A stretch of 64,000 nt of DNA. It comes from Octopus vulgaris. Lineage: Eukaryota. Shown here piece by piece: positions 58,135 through 64,000 of the stretch. Made by a program: the position numbers and the translations under genes. The notes beneath the pieces are model-generated. The model had not been told where the DNA came from. It saw only the letters and a program-made list of their open reading frames with translations, and searched no databases. Each line of letters starts with the position of its first letter. Positions within the stretch are counted from its first letter, which is position 1. Location: positions 65,658,001-65,722,000 of the forward strand of contig OX597827.1 of assembly GCA_951406725.2 (NCBI GenBank), in the 5' to 3' direction.

Positions 58135-58387
58135 TGTTGTGTCTGTGTTTCTGTTTGTTTCTCTTAGTCCCTTCATCACCGCTTGACACACCGGTGTTGG
58201 CGTTTTTGTGTTCCTGAAATATAGCGGTTCAGCAAAAAAACCCAAAAAGACCGATAGAAGAAGTACGAAGCTTGAAAAATAAGTTCTTATGTCTATTCTT
58301 AGGTCTATTTCTTTGATAATAAAAAAAAAACCTTTCGTGGCAGTACTCCCAGCGTGACTACAGCGAAATGACTGAAACAAGTAAAAG

Positions 58388-58389
<2 letters not shown>
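58135..58389 (+). mobile_element. SINE family A, 3' half
   Basis: CGCTTGACACACCGGTGTTGG, AGCGGTTCAGCAAAA and GACTGAAACAAGTAAAAGAA. Confidence 0.75.
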
Positions 58390-58427
<38 letters not shown>

Positions 58428-59119
58428 ATATATATATATATATACATGTGTGTGTGTGTTTGTGTGTGTATGTATGTGTATATAATATTGTCTGCAAAGG
58501 AAATGTTATGCTACTATGAGAAAATGCGCCGTAATACTTTTGTTCTTCAGATGCTGTTCCTTTATAGTTAATGCAACTACACATATCCTCATTATGCAGC
58601 AGACACGACACTTAATTTCGGCAATTACAGTTTGTTTTTACCTTTGACTAATGATGTTGCACGTCTACTGAAATATTTCGGTGATTAGGTAAAATAATGC
58701 TCATTCGCACACAAAAGGTTGCTGGGTAACTGTCTATGCTGAATAATTCATTGAAGTCATATTCTTTGATTGTATTTACGGGTATTTTAGTCGGTTATTA
58801 GGAAGTTCTATTGGCATACACATCAAATGTTCCGGAAAATCTTGTATTAGTTTGAAAGTATGTTAAGTACAAGGAAAGAATATTGAAATAACGACGAAAG
58901 AGTCAAATCAAAGAATAAAGGCGGCAATTGCAAAAATTAGAAGCTAGGGAGAAAAGAAACAGCTAATATAACCAAGATCATTTTATTTTTTAACCAGATC
59001 ATAAAGTTTTATCGCATTCATATACTTATTGAAAATTTGCAACTGAGAAATGCAACACTGAAAGCTAAAGGAATTTAATTATTTGGCCGAGAAAATTATT
59101 AGAAAACATCTAGCATATT

Positions 59120-59330
59120 AATGGGTTTCAAATTTTGGCACAAGGCTAGCAGTTTTTTTTTGGGGAGGGGATAAGTTGATTACATCGACCTTGGTACTCA
59201 ACAGGTACTTATTTTATCAACTCCGAAAGGATGAAAGACAGAATGGACATCGGCGGAATTTGAACTCAGAAAGCGGCGTAATGCCGCTGCTCATGTCGCC
59301 GGCTGCGCTAACGATTCTGCCAGCTCGCTG
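59120..59330 (-). mobile_element. SINE family B
   Basis: GGCACAAGGCTAGCAG...CCGAAAGGATGAAAGACAG...GGCGGAATTTGAACTCAGAA...CTAACGATTCTGCCAGCTCGC. Confidence 0.8.
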
Positions 59331-59758
59331 ATTTAAAGCCTAGCATAATAATAAAATACAGTAATGTGGCGAGCTTGCAGAATCGTTGCGGGTTCAAATT
59401 GCACCAAGTTCGAATTTACGTTTCATCCTTTCTGGTCAATGTTCTAGAAAGTATAATACTAATAAAATGCTGGGAAAATATGGAGAACATTTACTATGAA
59501 AATATAATATAGAAATATCTTATACATGTCCATTTTGTACACGCTTACTAGCTAGAGGTAATTAACAAATTAATTAAATTCTACTGATAATGCTATAAGC
59601 TTGTATGTCGAGTGGAGAATGTAGCACTGCTTTAGAAAAAATATTTCTTGGGGCTGCACAGAAATTCAAAAGAAACACAACCTGAATTTATATGAGTTCT
59701 GAATATGAGGCATGGCATGCATCTAATGTTTGATAAAAAGAATAAAAACTTGTCAATG

Positions 59759-60031
59759 GGCGCAGGAGATTTGGTAGACGGAAACTGAAAGAAGCTCGTC
59801 GTATATATATATGTGTGTGTATGTGTTTGTATATGTTTGTGTGTCTGTGTTTGCCCCCCACCCCAAAAAAAAACATCACTTGACAACCGATGCCGGTGTG
59901 TTTACGTCCCCGTAACTTAGCGCTTTGGCAAAAGAGACCGATCGAATAAATACTAGGCTTACAAAGAATAAGTCCTGGGGTTGATTTGCTCGACTAAATG
60001 ACTGAAACAAGTAAAAGAATAAAGAGTAAAG
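59759..60031 (+). mobile_element. SINE family A with head deletion
   Basis: GGCGCAGGA is joined directly to GATTTGGTAGACGGAAACTG; the tail is present. Confidence 0.85.
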
Positions 60032-60055
60032 AGTAACACATAAAGCGAAAAACCA

Positions 60056-60466
60056 GAGGAGAGTGGCTGTGTGGTAAGTAGCTTACTAACCAACCACATG
60101 GTTCCGGGTTCAGTCCCACTGCGTGGCATCTTGGGCAAGTGTCTTCTGCTATAGCCCCGGGCCGACCAATGCCTTGTGAGTGGATTTGGTAGAGGGAAAC
60201 TGAAAGAAGCCTGTCGTATATATGTATATATATATATATATGTGTGTTTGTGTGTCTGTGTTTGTCCCCCTAGCATCGCTTGACAACCGATGCTGGTGTG
60301 TTTACGTCCCCGTCACTTAGCGGTTCGGCAAAAAAGAGACCGATAGAATAAGTACTGGGCTTACAAAGAATAAGTCCCGGGGTCGAGTTGCTCGATTAAA
60401 GGCGGTGCTCCAGCATGGCCGCAGTCAAATGACTGAAACAAGTAAAAGAGAAAAGAGAAAAAGAGA
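60056..60466 (+). mobile_element. SINE family A, young copy
   Basis: Near-identical to the reverse complement of 99-500, with an (AAAAGAG)n tail. Confidence 0.92.
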
Positions 60467-63128
60467 ATATAAAGTTTAAAAAATATTTAAAAAAAGGTGA
60501 TATCGTAAAGCATACCATATAGTACTTTACACGTGGATAAAATATGGGCTAGAATTGTTAAAGGCTTCAAACATATTAGATACCAGTAGAAAGTTTAACG
60601 CGCTACTATATAGTACATATAAGTGTCAGGAAGGAAAGATTATCAGTACCGATTAGAAAATGAATTTATGAAAGGAACTCATCCCATTCCTTCTTTCACT
60701 CTTCCTTCTATCTTCTTGATCATTAATCATTTTGGTTATTGTACTTAAAAAGCTACGTACGAATATTCGCTGGGAAAGATATCGTTAAAATGCATTTATG
60801 GACGATATAAAGCTATATCGCAAAGAAAAAAAAAATCCAAATGACAGTTTAGTACAAACCCAATGAAATTTGTAGTAGTGCTATCGTGTTGACATTGGGA
60901 ATCGATAAATATGATATGATAGAAATGTATTAGAGAAATATAATGGAAAATACCTGCTAGGGATCTACTAGATGGTAAAAGATGTGTAACATAAGTATGT
61001 TGGATGACAAGGAAAAAGTTAAATTATGAACTATACAAATGAAAGTGTACAACAATGCAAAAAAGTTCTTCTAGGATGGAAACTTGGAATACAATCTCTC
61101 AGAAAGACATATAGAAACTACCATATTAAGAAGAGTAGTAATAATTCGGTTCGAAACAGGATTTAGTTTAGACTGAATGAGATATGAAATCCTAAAGTGA
61201 GAAGATGATGCTGATCACAATGCACCTTACGATAAGATAATATCGGGAATAAAAAGCAGGGAATTTATTGAAAGATTAAGAGATGTTAAAAATAGAGAAA
61301 TTAAAACTTGATTCTCGTTAAAAATAAGATGTCTTGTATTTAAGGAGGTACTAAATGTGAGTGTCGCTATTCAAACAGTAGATTCTCAAAAGAAGAAAAT
61401 GAACTTTAGAGAGAAAAGCAAATGAAACTTAAAAGAAAAACTTAAAACAAAACAATTTAATGCTTTTCAAGGAAACAAAGATAATACAGAGGTAATACAT
61501 TGATAACAGGCAATAGTTGAAAAAATGAGTTTTTAACAAAAAACCGAAGGAAGGAATTAATAATGTTGGTACAAATCTTAGTATAAAATAGGTGAAGGCC
61601 ATGAATGATCATTGGAACTGATCTCCCAAATGCGCATCGCTACCAATGGGACATTAAACAGCATTGTTTTAGAAGTATTACTACTTACCATATTGTTGGG
61701 AGAGCAATGGTAGTATCCAACAATTAATAAAGATTGGTTATTAAGGGATTTTCAAATGCATAACAGGAATGGGAATACATCACAACAAGCTGGATTATGT
61801 AGCCGTTAATTGGGAGAATAAATTTTATTTTGTAAGTTTTTTTCTAACGTGTTTATTCCTTATAAAAATCAAGGAAAATGCTCAATGCTTTAACAAAGCA
61901 AAACCAAGATCGGTGGAACTTAGTATCTGTGACGAAGAATTTCAGAGCAATGCTGGGAAAGCTAGTTCGTAATGTCAATGGGCGTGGTGTATACAAGCAC
62001 TATTTATTTTATTCAGCAAGAATTATCATTTCGAAAGTCCTCGATACAAAGGAAGGTTAGATACGCATAACATAAAAGCATGTTATTGAAGACAAACAGT
62101 ACTTATCCTACAAGTTCACGGTTTGTGATTCGCTAGTTTAGAGAACGAAACCGGTTAATACATAACAATGTGCAACATGACAATAATAATTATAATGGAT
62201 CCAAAATCATGTACAACCGCCAGCAATATTTTAAGGGAAATGTCGATTACTGTTTAAGGACCGCTCGATTTAGTCGACCCAACTAATAATGGGTAGTTTC
62301 TTTTACGGACATTGAAAGAATAAATGCTTGACCGCAGGGGGGATTTGAACTAAGAAAGTACAGAGCCGGAAGGAATATAACAAATTACATTTTCCAACTT
62401 TCTACCCACTCTTGCACAACAAAGACAACTTCCATCTAATAACTGTATTTAGTACATTAATATCGGCTTCATTGATTTTTTGAAAATAAATTTAATAAAC
62501 TGGAAAAAAAATCGTATATTCAAAAGAAAAAGAAACAAATTAGAAGTATTGTTAAAGCGAAGTACATCAACACAAATTTCAACAATAGTAAAGAAATAAC
62601 AATAAATATATTTCGTTAAAGAATCTATTCAAAAGAAATTTTGCAAGAAATATAAAGGAATTCAAATCCCCTACAGCTAAACCATTTTGTAGTTGTTTTT
62701 CCCCCCACTTTTTTCTTAACCATAAATTTAAGCAAGTTTGAAGGGGAGGAGATTTTATTTAAATGCGCCAATAGGAAAATACCAGATCTATTTATTCTTT
62801 CTTACGAATGACTAGACATAATCGCATAGCTTTAGGATCATCCCCACCCTCATCCATTTATATATCCATTCATCCGTACTTTGTGCAAGTCTTGCAAAAG
62901 GAATGAGTCGGGAGAGGAAATTACGCATATGACAATGATACTTAATACGTAATTTTACACACACACACATACACATATATATATGAGTGTGTATGCATGC
63001 ATGTAATAGTGGATTGAATAAGTGGGTGAAAATAAAACCCGAAGTAATGTTTACTGGAAGTATATCAAGTGCAACAATTTTACAGAAAAGCAAGGAATGC
63101 AAAAGAAATTTCATTTCATAATAGTATT

Positions 63129-63342
63129 CTTTTTTACTCTAGGAACAAGGCCTGGAATTTTGGGGGAGGGGCCAGTCGATTAGATCCAGCCCCAGTACGT
63201 AACTAGTACTTAATTTACCGACCCCGAAAGGATAGAAGGCAAAGTCGACCTCGGCAGTATTTGAACTCAGAACGTAAAGATAGACGAAATACAGCTAAGT
63301 ATTTTGCCCGGCATGCTAACGTTTCTGCCAACTCGCCGCCTT
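63129..63342 (-). mobile_element. SINE family B with 16-bp TSD
   Basis: ATTTCATAATAGTATT at 63113-63128 and 63343-63358 flanks a full unit. Confidence 0.92.
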
Positions 63343-63519
63343 ATTTCATAATAGTATTGCTTATAACATATATCTCTTGCTACAGACCATTATATGGTAT
63401 TTGCTCACGTGCTAAATCCAACAATTAATTGTTGGGTTTCTTCTGATATATTACTTGATTCTGTTCGACTTCTTTCCACCTATTGGATCTAGGTCTTCAA
63501 TGATCTCCATCAGCGATCA

Positions 63520-63645
63520 CGAGGGGTGTATGAAAAGTTTTGAGCCTTCAAGGCCTTTGAGCCTTGAAATCTTGTACTTTCGCCAGAAGTCTTGTACCGT
63601 GTTTTGTTGTTTTTTGAGGTTCAAAAACTTTTCATACACCTCTCA
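63520..63645. mobile_element. Mariner-type MITE, about 126 bp
   Basis: TIRs CGAGGGGTGTATGAAAAGTTTTGAGCCT / AGGTTCAAAAACTTTTCATACACCTCTCA. Followed by TA; the left flank is CA. Confidence 0.8.
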
Positions 63646-64000
63646 TATAACTGGTTTATCTCTTGCTAATACCGGCATATTTTCGCGATTTTGAAAGTTC
63701 TCTGAAGACAACGCATTCATCTCATGATTCCCTGGTCGCACTCCCGAACTACATATTGTTATATTGATGCCTCTATCGGTGAGACCTCCCCCATCCCCCG
63801 AACAACTAGACTCCTTGCTCCCTTTTGTCCAATACTTCCATCCTTCCCTCGAATTCTCTTGCGCTATTTCCAACACTATGCACACATCCCTCGCCAGAGC
63901 ACTTCCGCGGACCGTGCCTCTCCTCTGTCTCCCCGCATCCACTCCGCCGTTGCCAGACTCCCTCTCCCCTCCACCATGCCCTTCCAACGCACCATTCTGA

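Larger units (their letters stand above)
58850..62060 (+). pseudogene. Decayed R4/Dong-like non-LTR retrotransposon (RT plus restriction-like endonuclease), interrupted by SINEs
   Basis: Motifs in order: QRIKAAIAKIR (near 58910), KAYHIVLYTWI (near 60506, resembles KAYDxVPHSWI), FMDDIKLY (near 60795, RT catalytic motif), TLGIDK, IHHNKLD (near 61775, resembles HNKPD) and ARIIISKVL (C-terminus). Confidence 0.65.

Overview
This is AT-rich, microsatellite-saturated eukaryotic DNA, most likely intergenic or intronic, with one 100-N assembly gap. The SINE and LINE content suggests a cephalopod (Octopus-like) genome; that assignment is inference from recalled repeat sequences. I can support no intact host protein-coding gene, and nearly all listed ORFs are translations of (TA)n, (CA)n, (GATA)n, (GAA)n or SINE sequence. 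The window is a mosaic of three tRNA-derived SINE families, LINE relics (L1/Tx1-like, CR1-like, RTE, R4/Dong-like), Tc1/mariner pseudo-transposases, a Helitron, a Helentron-like element and MITEs. The most notable signal is a set of non-coding repeats carrying minimal type I hammerhead ribozyme (HHR) motifs with a palindromic stem III. One is a near-canonical motif at 38033-38076. Another lies in a near-identical 493-bp unit arranged as a tandem plus inverted array at 53809-55123; both of these sit within (TA)n. A third is an older degenerate family at 25.4 and 39.9 kb. Together they look like a retrozyme / Penelope-like non-autonomous system. A separate L1/Tx1-like 3' end sits precisely inside a (GATA)n array.
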